Below are positions 41,295 to 54,329 of a stretch of DNA of 64,000 nucleotides, piece after piece. Under the pieces are notes generated by a model. The model searched no databases. It was not told the DNA's origin and saw only the letters and a program-made list of their open reading frames with translations. Position numbers and translations under genes: made by a program. The stretch's first letter is position 1. Each line of letters opens with the position of its first letter. The stretch spans positions 234,918,001 through 234,982,000 of the forward strand of contig OZ024742.1 in assembly GCA_964016885.1 (NCBI GenBank), read 5' to 3'. The DNA comes from Eledone cirrhosa. Its lineage: Eukaryota.

Positions 41295-41694
41295 TCTTTT
41301 CACTCGGAGAATATAAAATTCCCGAGTTCAAATTACGAACTGGCGCTATTCAAAATTGTTCCCGATATGAGAGTGAATGATATAGAAGCAATTCTGTCCA
41401 GTGCCGTGTGCAAAGATAGAAGGCAGAGTCGGAAAGGTCAATCCACTGCCACTAGAAATAGCAACAGTCAAAACGACCAAAATGTTATCTCGACCAGGGG
41501 AGATTAATAATAATAAAATATGTATCCCTACATGCAAAATACATATAGGGACACATGTATTATCCAACCATATGCCAATGTGGTTCTATGGCAGGTTAAT
41601 AAATTAACGAGCCAGAACATATATAATCAAGGTTTAGCAAAAAAGAAAAACTTTTAAAATAAATTTTAAAAAATTCACTCTACCTGCTCTAGTT

Positions 41695-41779
41695 ACCCTT
41701 ACCGTACGGTTTCAAGTTTCAAAATAAATGGATAATCCATGCGGATATCCATTGAAAAGGAAGACTCTCGTCAGAGGGT
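41695..41779 (-). ncRNA. Type I hammerhead ribozyme motif (second copy)
   Basis: Same as 41210-41294 but with a perfect stem I ACCCT/AGGGT and one stem II mismatch. Confidence 0.78.
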
Positions 41780-41794
41780 TCTTTTCACTCGGAG

Positions 41795-41885
<91 letters not shown>

Positions 41886-42076
41886 TTATTAACTTGTTGG
41901 TTTTTCGTTGCTTCGGTGTCGTGGCTAGGCTTGCTTACCACGGTTTTCAATTTGTCTTACCGTCTAACAAATGTTATTACTCTGAGATTTCTCATCGAGT
42001 GCTTGGCTGCATAATTCCTGATTGTGTTTCGTTGGCTTGGCTGCAACCGAAGCTTCGATTTTACTAAACTTCCATT

Positions 42077-42155
<79 letters not shown>

Positions 42156-42335
42156 GTTATATAGTAAGGTGTATTATTGGTTGTGTCAAACGGTCCAATA
42201 ACATTTTTGTTAGCAATATTAAGTTCTCCACGCTTTTGTATATCTCCAATTCCATTTATGGGAACAGCTAGATGATGTAAAACGGAGTATTTGTATCAAA
42301 ATAAAGATCCGAAGGCATGGTATAAATTTCCAATC

Positions 42336-42420
42336 ATTTTAATCACGACACATGTTTCAATAAGAGATAGATCGATCGTGTAGCCATGATCGATTATCAC
42401 TGATCTCGTCAGGTGAAAAT
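42336..42420 (-). ncRNA. Type I hammerhead ribozyme motif with a canonical GUC site
   Basis: ATTTTCAC CTGACGA GAT...GATAATCGATCATG-GCTA-CACGATCGATCTATC...ATT GAAAC ATGT GTC|GTGATTAAAAT. Confidence 0.75.
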
Positions 42421-43200
42421 GAATTGTCTTCAAATCCTTGATATGAGGGAGAAAATTAACGGTGTTCATTCACAGAGTTTAGTCCCTCATATGAAGATCA
42501 AGCAATCAGAACACGGCGACTGCTATCGTCCTCAGTTAGGGTCATAAAACTATCAAGTCTCCCAATAGCTGTAAAAGACGCTGGACACCAAACAAATCTG
42601 TAGAATTACAGTTGGTCACAGTTAATGTGAGTAGGTACACATACACTCACACATACATGACGCGAGGTCAAAGAAAAATATATGTATACACATACCAACA
42701 CAGCATCAAATCTGTAGAACTATAGACGGTCACAGTTAGTGTGAGTGAGTACACACACACTCACACACACCGACACGAGGTTAAAGAAAAAATAAAAATA
42801 CAAATATACCAACATAGTATTCACCGAAAGTTAGTTTACAAAACAACAAATGTTATATTGGTCAAATCTCAATTTGACGATGTAAATTGGAAAAATTGGG
42901 TCAACCGCAACCTATACACACGCAAGTAAGTTCAGTTCAATGATTTGCTATACGTGTATAGATTGAATTGTAACATCCGTATCTCCAAATAGTGTATGTT
43001 GTGGTACATACATCCGTATCGTCCAAAAGAATTGGAAACATTGGGTCAACCGCAATGTATTCCTAAGCACTCTTTGGTTATTCCTATAATTATAACGGCT
43101 CTGTAGTATACTAGTTATCCTACATTGAGCTAAAACCATACTGTCATACCAAGGGCAATATATCTGCATGTCTGGGCATATTGATATATTTGTCAACGAA

Positions 43201-43259
<59 letters not shown>

Positions 43260-44612
43260 GTATGGTGGCTAAGATGCGTCCATAGGCGGTATGCTGGTTG
43301 AGCACTCTATGCTCCTACGGAGCAGAGTATGATAAAATGGAAAACGAAGAATGCAGTGATGCATCGAAACTCAATTTATTACGTATTACAATTGTTTCTC
43401 CGGCGAACAGCTCGAGGTGGATTCTGTTTGTGGATTGAACCTGACTCTGGATTCGCAATTTCCTCAGATACGTCTAGTGATTCCGAAGCAAATTCTCTTT
43501 CTGCAGGGCTCCGACCTTTCGAGTCTATATCATCTGCCTTCATCTTGTTTGCGCGGCCCTTATATTGATCGATGGTTCGGGGCGTCATCATAGTTCTTGA
43601 CCACTGAAATCTGCCCACTGGCCATCTCCATTCAGGCGTGAGCTGTCACTCACCCCAATCCCATCGGCAATATTACTGCTGTGTGTAGTATAGTCTTTAT
43701 TATTTCGCATGCCAATCCTTTGCTTGGCAGCAACCCCATACATATACATCCACACGCACATGTGCTCACACCTATATATAGGCACATTCCGAGCCATTAT
43801 CTGTGTGAACTTCCACAGTGGTCCTTTGCTTATGTAATAGCTGCAAATGTGTAATTATACGTTTAACCATTTTAGTCGTCTGCAGTATTAGAAACAACAA
43901 CTTTGCTTTTTTTTTTTTTTTTAGAGATTCGACATGGTATTTGGACAGAGACACCGTTAACAGTGATTGCATCCTTATGCAGATGTGTACACCTTTGAAC
44001 ATGTAGGACAACAGTGTTCAAATATGGCTGATGGAATTGCATACAGCTGAATGTCTTGTCATAGGATCTTGACATGGCTTTTCTCATGACCGGCAAGATA
44101 AGTTTATGAAAATGTGATTCGATCACAGACAGTGCCGGTGAGATCAACTCTAGTCACTCTATCACATGGAAAATGAATATATCACAGCTTCCGAGTAATG
44201 CCTTTGGTGAGCAATTCGATTTTTCTCAAATTGCCGGCAATTTTCCCTTGTTACAGACCACCATTCACTCTAAATAAAAACTGAATATAAGTGAAGCACC
44301 TACGCCCACGCTTTTCCGTCTCTAAGGGTAATTTACCCAATTTCCCCAACTATTATTTATAGTGATCACTGTTATTATAGTTATTTTTTGTGTTTGAAAC
44401 TCTCACATTTTCAAATTTAAATATTTCCAGCTCTTCGATACATCATTAAAAAAATTAATTTCGAGTCCATTCGAGTTACTGGTTATTGGAAAGGTATTGT
44501 GGATTGTAGTGGGAGTTTCAGCCCCTCGAATGTAATATCCGTGATCGTACACCATAAATTTAAACTAAAAATATTAATCGAAAGAATTCGACTTTTACAT
44601 GAGTATCATACC

Positions 44613-44667
<55 letters not shown>

Positions 44668-44749
44668 CGTATAAAATCCTGTAACGTTTTATATTTTTAT
44701 TCTCAGGACTATCCTTTCTAAGGATTACATTATATAGTGTTTTGGCCTC

Positions 44750-46760
44750 ATAGGTATATAGTATCGTCAAGGTATCTTTGAACATCTGTTTATGATATGG
44801 ATGACATCCTCGATGTTTATTCCACAGTCTGTATCTGATGTCACATCTAGGTGTTTTGCCTACATCCTATCTGTTTTATGCATCAGGTATTTCGTTGTTC
44901 TTTCCTCTTAGATTGCAAAGTGAGAGTTAATACACTTGTTGTTGGTCCTAGACACACTACTTTGCTAATCTATATTACTATCACTTAGAAGTTTTCTGGC
45001 AACATAGCCGTGCATGATTTTTCGCTGATAAATATGCAGTTTTTCATCCATGGTTTCGTTGCGGTATTGCTGTGCAATGTGAGTTTTTGGTTATCATACA
45101 TGATGTTATCTGCCTCGTGTAGACAGACATGTTCTATGGATAGGCTTCTACACTTGGTGATTCGTAGATGTCGTCAGAAGGATATGATGCGACACTCAAA
45201 TGCTGTTTGGCTTGATGTTAAGCCTCTGCCACCCTGTTTACGTTTTAGGTAGAAGCAATGTAAGTCACGGTTAATGAGGACATTTCTGGTGCCGGTTAGA
45301 GCTTTTCGAGTTTTAACATCAATGGCTCGGATCTCATCTAGGGCCTAGTCAAGTAGTCTAAACGTTGGTGTCAGCACAGGTACAATAAACACATTGTGAG
45401 CCACTGATTTATTGTGCACAGAGTTCCGAAGACCATATTATTCTTATGCGGGTTTTATGTTACTTGGTTACTTATTACAAATTTCATCATAGGATATATT
45501 TTCAGCTATCCCTAAGAATTTGTATTAGTCCTTATCAAATACCAAGGAAACAATCAGGCCATTGATTGAAATATTGATATATTGGCTTGAAGGTTCCCCT
45601 GCTTTACAATCGTATAGGAACATTTATCCTGTTCAAATTCCATCCCAATATCTTTCGAGAATGTAACCAGGCCAAGGTTTTTCTTCATACCATTCGTATT
45701 TTTGGCATACATTTTCAGGTCATCCACAAATAAGCTCTGGCCTCCTGTGTATTTTTCATTTTTCCTCAGCTTAAGGAACAAGGGGTTTACTGACAGTATA
45801 AATAGCATCATAGAAAGACTGTCTCCTTGAAATATACCCCTGCGATACTCTATTTTATCAATGAATACAGTTCTCCCTCTCTGTATTTAACTTCAGAATA
45901 GTGGCCCAGGAAGAAGATAGGTTCTCTATGGCTTTGATAATGGTATCTGAGACTTTAGCGAGCAGAAGGGCATCTATCATCCAAGAGTGGGGAAGAGAAT
46001 CGAATGCTTTCTTGTAGTCCAGCCAGACTATAACCATGTTCCTCCTATGTCGCCGCACCTCTGACATCGCGGTTTTGTTAATTAGGAGTTGCTCAGCATA
46101 CTCCCAAACTCATTTCTTCCCTGCTGCTTGCTCATCTGTGATGATATTGTTATTGTCACTGTGATCTTGGAGAAATAGTATCAGACAGGCTGTATACATT
46201 AGGTTCTGGCAGGCAATGGGTCGGTAGTTTTTGCCATGTGGGTCTCTTTGTTTTGGGGGACCAAACTTGTCTGCTTGTGTCAACCAGCTTGGTACATGTG
46301 AATCTCTCTTGAGAGCTTGCTGGCAGAGGTTGATAAGATTCATTCGAAAAAGTCAGTCTTTTGTATCAGTAGCCGACAATCAAGTCTCTTCTTGGTGCTT
46401 TCTTATCGCGAAGTTTTCCTATCAGTTTTTAGGGCATCGACATTGATGCTGTATGTTTTAGGTGTAATGAAGGAACAATAGCTCGTTCAGATCTCTTTCA
46501 ACCACACTACATCTTGGTTGAACTTCTTTTCCTCGCACCATATTTTTCTACAGGAGGAATCTGTCTTTCTGGGACAGGACCTCAGTTACATTTATTGAAT
46601 TGCTCCTCATATCTCTATAGACTGGTGATTGGTTTCGGCTGAATCTTTTGTTAATCATTTTCCTTTCAGCCACTCTTTTCTGATATAGGAGTTTCTCGCT
46701 GACAGCTTTCAATTATTGTTTGAAGGTGATCAACTTGTATTGAAGAATTCTGCTTGTACT
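44750..46760 (-). mobile_element. Dong/R4-clade LINE, heavily decayed
   Basis: NYRPIACQN, WLDYKKAFDSLPHSW, FVDDLKMYA; homologous to 34154-35270 and 59530-61655. Confidence 0.8.
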
Positions 46761-47850
46761 GTCTCCAAACATTAAATATACAACAGCATTGTTTGTGTTT
46801 TTCGTTCTGTTAACATCTCTAGTATCATCGAGATAATACTTTACAATCGTTGCTAAGACATATAAGCAAACGTTAATTTGCCAAATTCTCGTTTTATGTG
46901 TCTTTCTAAGAGTAAGTTTTATGCATAAATCAATCTCCCAGCTAATGGTAGACTTATAACCATTGACGGTATTTCGATGCTGATGATGAATGTGATTGCA
47001 AGATATAACAGTAGAGGTAAAGACAGTTGTGGCACGTGGTGTCAAATTTGTCAGTGTAGCGACCTACATTCCGAGGGCTCATGGATACATTCTCCGTACG
47101 TTGTTTGGCTCAGTTCAGCCAATCGCTACCAGCGTAGGGAAATGTATCTCAACTTCCACCCAAAGGGAAAAATTCCCGCTTCTTTGCGATAAACTTTCTC
47201 TTTACATCGAGACCCCATCAAGGTAACACCTCTTGATTTTGCTCAACAAGCTTTCCAAAATGTAGCTACCGAAATTCTCCGCGGCTTGGCTTCCTACTTC
47301 AGCCACCTGAGCGCGTCTAAATTTACAGCATCTTAATTTGTTTTATTTCATTTCTTATGACATGTCCTCACAGCTAACTCAACTTCTCATCTTTGTAAAT
47401 AAATTATATATTATAAACATTATAAAGTCGTATGATGCTATTTTCCACAACATTGCTTTTGACTGCTTTTAACGGTGACTTCTGTGATACAATACGCAAA
47501 TACATACATTCTCAACATATACACATACATATATATCATCTATTAAACTATCTCTCAAATACTTATTTCTAAATCAGTATGGCTGTTTCAAGAGACTGTG
47601 TTGTTGTTCATGATCGAACTGGCTACGAGAAAACGTAGTAATAGAGCAGTCAGTTGTGTCCCGTGTTGATTGCATATCTATCTGGTCTAGGGGACTGCTC
47701 ACTTAGTGTTGTTATTTATATTGTTTTCAATGATGTTTATATGTAATTTTTACGTTCGACGAACGTTGCTTGTTGTAATTGTTTAGCTGTGAAATAATTT
47801 AGTTCTGGATAAAGTTCATCCAAGTGTAGATTCTTTCTGTTCTAATAGAG

Positions 47851-48028
47851 CAGGCATGGGCAACCATTTTCGAGAAGCGGGCCGCATCAGATATGGCTCA
47901 TCATCAGGCGGGCCGCAAGCGCTAATTTATATTCGTGCCCATATTAAAAAAAGGGGCGATAACTCAGGTTGTTCTGACTTAGGCGAGCCATTCAGAAAGC
48001 TTCGCGAGCTGCAGGTTGCCCATGACTG
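47851..48028. mobile_element. hAT (Charlie-type) MITE
   Basis: TIRs CAGGCATGGGCAACC / GGTTGCCCATGACTG; imperfect 8-bp TSD TAATAGAG / CAATAGAA. Confidence 0.75.
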
Positions 48029-48604
48029 CAATAGAAGGATCTTTCTTTAGTCATCTTATAACAATTAAATAGATGGGTATTGAGTTCGCACCCCCCGCAA
48101 AAAAAAAAAAAAAAAAAAAAAAAATGCAATTTATAGTTTCGGTTCCTTCTGTAGTTACAACTAAAAAAGATTCAATTTGCCTTCCTCGGTGTTGTTTTTC
48201 TTAGATTCTTCACTAGCGTTGTTGATGTTGATGCTGTCGTTTACATCCATGTTGTTTGTAGCGAATGTGGAGTTTTATGTCATTGGTGGTGAGAATTGAT
48301 ATTTGTTCGTTGTTCGGTATTTTATGTTCATTGTAACTAGTTGTTGGCTTGATGGGAGATTATGTATAAGGTAGACCTGTCCCATTTAAAGCCTGTGTGA
48401 AATGCCGTTGAATGGACAAATAAAACATGATCGCTATTTAAATATATTTATTAATTCAATAACCTGCAATGAGGTTACTGTTGATAATGTAAGAAACAAG
48501 GCTTAAGTTGTTGTGGTGTATGCGTGTGTGCAATAATTTAAAAGATGGTATTTTCTTAAGACAATTCTGCCCTTGTTTCTGGACAGATATGGACATCACA
48601 CGGA

Positions 48605-50700
48605 ATTATAACAAGACACTGGGTTGTATGTACAATATTTATTCATGAAGATTGAGCTGAGTAGAGCTGAATAGTTGACATGCCAAGAGAGATGAAAGAA
48701 CGAATTAAGGAAATCAGGAGGCACGGTCTACTGGCGGAGATGTTGCCAGGCCGTGGTTAAGTTGTTGTTACACGTTGTAGACAGTTTCGGAGAAAAATTC
48801 CATGTGGAATGTTGTTAGAGGAATTTTTTCTTTTCTTTTTTTTTTTTTTGAAATTCCGCTAATTAATTTTCTGTTTTCCATATTCACACAACACCAGATC
48901 CTATTATTTTTTTCTCGGGGTCACCAATTATAACAAGACACTGGGTTGTATGTACAATATTTATTTACGAAGATTGAGCTGAGTAGAGCTAAATAGTTGA
49001 CATGCCAAGAGAGATGAAAGAACGAATTAAGGAATTCAGAAGGCACGGTCTACTGGCGGAGATGTTGCCAGGCCGTGGTTAAGTTGTGTTACATGTTGGC
49101 TAGTGATTTCACGATGAAAGAAAGTTAGTTGTTTACCTTTTCACGGTCAGGAAGCGAGAGAGTGTACCTTCGGCGGAACGCGCCTGGCCGAAGGCCAGCA
49201 GCCAAAAGGTGAAAAGAGAGGGAGATAGCTTTCAGCTCTCTCCTTTATAGTTCCCTGGACGGAAGTCACCAAGAAGGTTCTGGAACCTCAATGGGAAGTA
49301 ACTCCAGCTACTTCCTGTCCAGAGAGCGCTACAAGACTCCCCGCCCAGACGAGAAGTCGAATGACCAAATGAAATCATTGTAGCGAGAACACGATACAAG
49401 GCAAAAGATACAACAAAAGATAGCAAGGCAAAAGATACAACATGAATGAACAAAACATGAGCAAGCAAATAGCAAAATGAGCATGCAAAAATTAATGATA
49501 GATATCAAGGTAGCCAACCGCTCTTGGCCAGAGAGCGACTGGACATCTATCTATCCATCACATAAAGATACAATGTAATCAACCTAAAAGAAGAGGTCAA
49601 AGGAGCAAAGAAACGTACTCGAACATAGTTATTAAAAAAAGTTCAAATGTTCAAAAATAAAGTTAACAGGTATGTAAGCACATGACAGCAGGAAAGAGAG
49701 TGTGTCCCCAAGAGAATGTATGCAGGTGGTTTCTAGACTGTGGTACAACGTGAAATTCCCAGCCTCCGAAGGCGGTGGGCTTTTCTCACAGGAAGAGTGC
49801 TGCAAAAATAAATTCTCTGTGTTTTGTTCTGCTGGTTTTGGTTGTTGATAAAGCAAAGATGAAGCTGTGTTGTTGTTGTCTCGCGGAGTGAGATAGCTCT
49901 TTCAAAGTTGTTTCAATTCACAGTAAAAAGTTTCCCAGAAAAATATGAGTTGCGCAAAGTGCTAGAAATAACTGCCAAAGTTGATGGTCGATGTTGAGAA
50001 CGCGTTGACCTGGATGGGTCAAGAGGCCAGCGACCATAGAAATAAGCATTCTGAATAAATGCACAGTTTTCAACGGCAAATTTACGTGGTAAATTTTTAA
50101 ACCGGCAAATAGGAGAATATAGCTTAAGGCTGGAGAATCCTTGGCAAGAAACATTATCTATGGCGTCTGTTATCTCAGTGAGTCGAGATGTGTGCTCCCA
50201 CACACTTGCCGAAACAAGGTTAAAGTCAAGTTGAATAAAAAAAAATATTTCTCTTGCGCGAGAAAATGGCGCGAAAATGATAGTGGAACAGGTCGTTGGC
50301 AGCCATTTTGAAAAATTTGTGTGTGAACGTGACAATATGGTGAAAAAGAAGGAAAGGCTATATTCACTTTGTATAACAAATATGGCGAGAGTTCAATTTT
50401 GTGAAAGTGATGAAAAAGTAGCGAAAAAGGCTTAGTTGAATAAGTAAGCGAGCTGTGATGTCCATCAAAATTGACATGTTGAATATAAGAAAGAATACAG
50501 GAGTCCAAGTCTTTTTTTGAGTATTCGTTGTGAGAAGAACGAAGGATATATCCAGTGAGTGAAACACATTTAAACGATGTACACACGTGAGGTGAAGAGC
50601 AACATTTTTTCTTGTTTATTTGCTGCTGAGAAAAAGATTACTCTTATTTTTCGTTGTAGACAGTTTCGGAGAAAAAATCCATGTGGAATGTTGTTAGAGG

Positions 50701-50731
<31 letters not shown>

Positions 50732-51215
50732 GAAATTCCGCTAATTAATTTTCTTTTTTCCATATTCACACAACACCAGATCCTATTATTTTTTTCTCGG
50801 GGTCACCAATTATAACAAGACACTGGGTTGTATGTACAATATTTATTTACGAAGATTGAGCTGAGTAGAGCTGAATAGTTGACATCCCAAGAGAGATGAA
50901 AGAACGAATTAAGGAATTCAGGAGGCACGGTCTACTGGCGGAGATGTTGCCAGGCCGTGGTTAAGTTGTGTTACATGTTGGCTAGTGATTTCACGATGAA
51001 AGAAAGTTAGTTGTTTACCTTTTCACAGTCAGGAAGCGAGAGAGTATACCTTCAGCGGAACGCGCCTGGCCGAAGTCCAGCAGCCAAAAGGTGAAAAGAG
51101 AGGGAGATAGCTTTCAGCTCTCTCCTTTATAGTTCCCTGGACGGAAGTCACCAAGAAGGTTCTGGAACCTCAATGGGAAGTAACTCCAGCTACTTCCTGT
51201 CCAGAGAGCGCTACA
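48605..51215 (-). mobile_element. Non-autonomous LTR retroelement with a partial tandem structure
   Basis: 405-bp LTRs at 50811-51215 and 48929-49333 (TGTAG...TTATA on the minus strand, with a TATA box). A PBS TGGTGACCCCG follows both. PPT GGGCGGGGAG at 49334-49348. Partial third LTR at 48607-48770. No recognisable gag or pol. Confidence 0.85.
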
Positions 51216-52689
51216 GATGGTATTTTCTTAAGACAATTCTGCCCTTGTTTCTCGACAGATATGGACATCACACGGAGTTGCTCTAGTAGGGATATAGCGC
51301 TTAGCAAAATACTCCAGCTCTCTCGACGGGGTTTGTACTTTGATAAAAGTTAGTTCAATGTATCTGGTCAGACTACTACTACATTCACACAAATCAACCA
51401 CACAAACATAACACACAGTTCACTTGGTTCGTTGTTGTTTCCCTGTATTATCAACAATAGCTCCGACGTAAAGTATTTCTTAATAAAAATTATAATAGTA
51501 GCGATGTTTGTTATTTATTATTCCTCGGATATTGTTAATGGCAGCTTTACTTTCAACTACTGACTATGGCAACGAGTACAGCCACAAATTTCCCACACCA
51601 TTTATATGGGAGAGAGAGCAATTCACCCACGCCAAAGCGAATAATAATACCAAACACAAGCCATCTCTCACACCACACATAAAAAAATATTCACCATCGT
51701 TACATATATGCATGTATAATTGGATGTATTATCTATATGGTAAAATTGTATGCAGTCTTTTTGGTTCCCACAAACTTATCTCACATTTTCGAGTTCTACG
51801 AAATGTACTTTATTACTTGGTCAATTCGACGCTCTAGTTCCAGTTTTTAATATCGCCCTCTCAACGTTCTGTTCTGGATCTGTTTTCATTAGTCTTGGAC
51901 TAAAGATATAGTATTGAAATATGTTGCAGCCGAAGCTAGGTTGGCTGTTTTACTGTTGGGAACACTAGCACTGATTGGGCCCAAGAGGATATATTTGGTA
52001 TTCGAAGTATATATTTGGGTTTTACGCTTTCGAATTTTTGTGGCGTGATGAAATAAAGTGAGACATGAAAATTGCATCTTCTCAACATCTCTTATTATTG
52101 CTAGACTCCATTACTCGTATAGAATTGATTGCATTTGTCTTACTCTTTACAGTGTTATGATCCATATGTTTTATTCTTTTTATCAAATCTTATGGTCATT
52201 AAATGTGTGCCGGAGTACTTGGCTGTTTTTTTTTTCTTCTGTTTACGTTAGGTATGAAATTGGTGTTATGTAATGTTGTTGTTGTTGCTGTTGTTGTTGT
52301 TATTGTTGATGTTTTTGTCAAACGGAATTATACAAATTTGATATTTTGTCAAGGGTAGAAGGGTATTAGTCAAACTGCAGCTAATATTTTGTTTGTCGGC
52401 TGCTCAATTACTTTTTTTAAAACGTCACGCTGTTCGACCAGCTGTTAGTAACAGGATTGAAATTTTACGTCGTTCATTTTCGTTGTTTCAATTTTTGATG
52501 TCATCGCTGTTGATGATGCTAATGTTGTTGTTGATGATGATGATAATGATGATGTTGCAGTCGTTGCTGTTGGATGATGATGTTGATGATAATATTTCCG
52601 TCGTCGTTGTTTTTGAATATGGGATGATGTAATCATATCAAATCGTTTGACATTCTTGTTCATAGTTGTTTTGATTGGTATAGGGCGGG

Positions 52690-53745
52690 AGTTAACTTCT
52701 CTGGAAAATGGACAAAAGGGTTTGGTCCCCAAGGACATTCATGCTGACATGGTTGCTACATTAGGTGATGATGCTCCAGATTTATCGTCATTGCAAAAGT
52801 GGGTGACTGAATTTAGGAAGGGAAGGATGAGTCTTAAAGATGACCCAGGGTCTGGACGTCCAGCAACTGCCACCACGACGGAAAACATTGATCGTGTTTA
52901 CCACATGGGGATGAATGACAGGTGATTGACTATAAATCAAATGGCCAATGCTATTAACATATCCCGTGAGAGAGTTGAGAGTATTAAGCTTGGAGACGAA
53001 GGTTTCTGCTCAGTGGGTGTCACGTCTTCTAACACCTGATCAAAAGCGCGCTAGATTGATCACATCACGGGGAAAATTTGACATTGTTTGAGGCAAATCA
53101 GCTCGTTTCCTTGAACGTTTCCTAACCCAGGATGGATGTTGGGTTCATCACTTTGAGCCAAAGACAAAGAGAAACAACTGCTTCAAAGAAGGCCAGGTCG
53201 TTTCATCTGCATGAAAGGTGATGGTCTCAGTTTTGAGGATGCAAAAGGCATTATGTTTATTGACTATCTTCAAAAGGGCCACACCATCAATGGAGAGTAC
53301 TATGCCAACTTGCTGAGGCAGTTACGAAAGGCTGTCAAGATCAAACGCACTGGAAAACTGATGAAAGGGGTCTTGTTTCATCAGGATAATGCTCCAGTAC
53401 ACAAGTCCATGGATTCATTGGCTGCTATGCGTGACTGTGGCTTTAAACTGATTGATTACCCTCACTATTCTCCTGATTTGGCCCCATCTAACTATCATCT
53501 GTTCCCCAACATGAAATGACACATGGCTGGGAACCAGTACCGCAGTGATGATGACGTCATATCTGCTGTTGATGAGTTTTTTTTTACCAACAGGATGAAA
53601 ATTTCTTCACCAATGGGATCCAAGCATTGCAACACCGGTGGAAGAAGTGTGTGGACCGCAAGGAGGAACTATGTTGAAAAATAAATCTAATTTGGTCATA
53701 TTCCATGAGAGTATCTTGGTCAGCCTATGAACGTTTCAGCCTATG
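52690..53745 (+). mobile_element. Mariner transposase pseudogene
   Basis: HTH region (KWVTEFRKGRMSLKDDPGSGRP), a WV.RLL linker, LTQDGCWVHHF, FHQDNAPVH and YSPDLAPSNYHLF, with stops and frameshifts. Confidence 0.9.
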
Positions 53746-54329
53746 AACGTTTCGTGTGTCTATATATATATATATGTGTGTGTGGGTTGGGGTGTGCGTG
53801 CGTGGGGGGGGGGGGGGGGTGTAAAGAAACTGTTCTCATAACAACGTCGCCAAAAACATTTACTGCTCACAAGACACAAAGTAACAAATCAGTCACCGAG
53901 GAGGTCACAGAATGTGTGACAAAAGAGCTTTGACATCCGGTTATTAAACCAACCAACCGGAAATTTGTATTAAATTGAAGTGAAAACCAACAAGTGCGTG
54001 TGATTTTTATTGGAAACATGACCCTCCCAAAGTATAACAATATATGTTTCATCACACGTTTTCAGATAAGAAATTTCATACTCTCTTCAATGGAGTTTTT
54101 CTTTCGCATTATCACACGACCACCAAATGAGTGACCTCCGACCTCACAGGGAAGACAATAGTTAAATTTCTCTCATGGAAGTATTTATGGCGCCAATTGT
54201 ATGAACATTTTCTAGAGCCATCTGCTATCTACCAGTAAAATAACCAGCAGTCATTATAAATAACTTATGGTGATGATAAAAGGATTTGTAAGGGTCAATA
54301 AATGATAAAAATATATACATAAACCTGAT

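Larger units (their letters stand above)
41140..41795 (-). mobile_element. Retrozyme-like non-coding element: 170-bp direct repeats, each with a hammerhead
   Basis: 41140-41310 matches 41625-41795 (offset 485). No recognisable ORF in the spacer. (TA)n on both flanks. Confidence 0.7.

Noticed and set aside
42505-42545. CTGAGGA plus a small hairpin on the minus strand
   Set aside because: No GAAA or stem III follows, so it is at best a truncated hammerhead.
43290-43720. GC-richer island resembling an LTR-element 3' fragment
   Set aside because: No diagnostic protein motif, LTR termini or PBS could be confirmed.
48544-51276. DIRS/Ngaro split direct repeat interpretation
   Set aside because: The PBS, PPT and TG-starting 405-bp LTRs fit a conventional LTR element, and no tyrosine recombinase is present.
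52270-52632. Met/Leu/Asp-rich ORF 52393-52632
   Set aside because: It derives from degenerate (GAT/GTT)n trinucleotide repeats.
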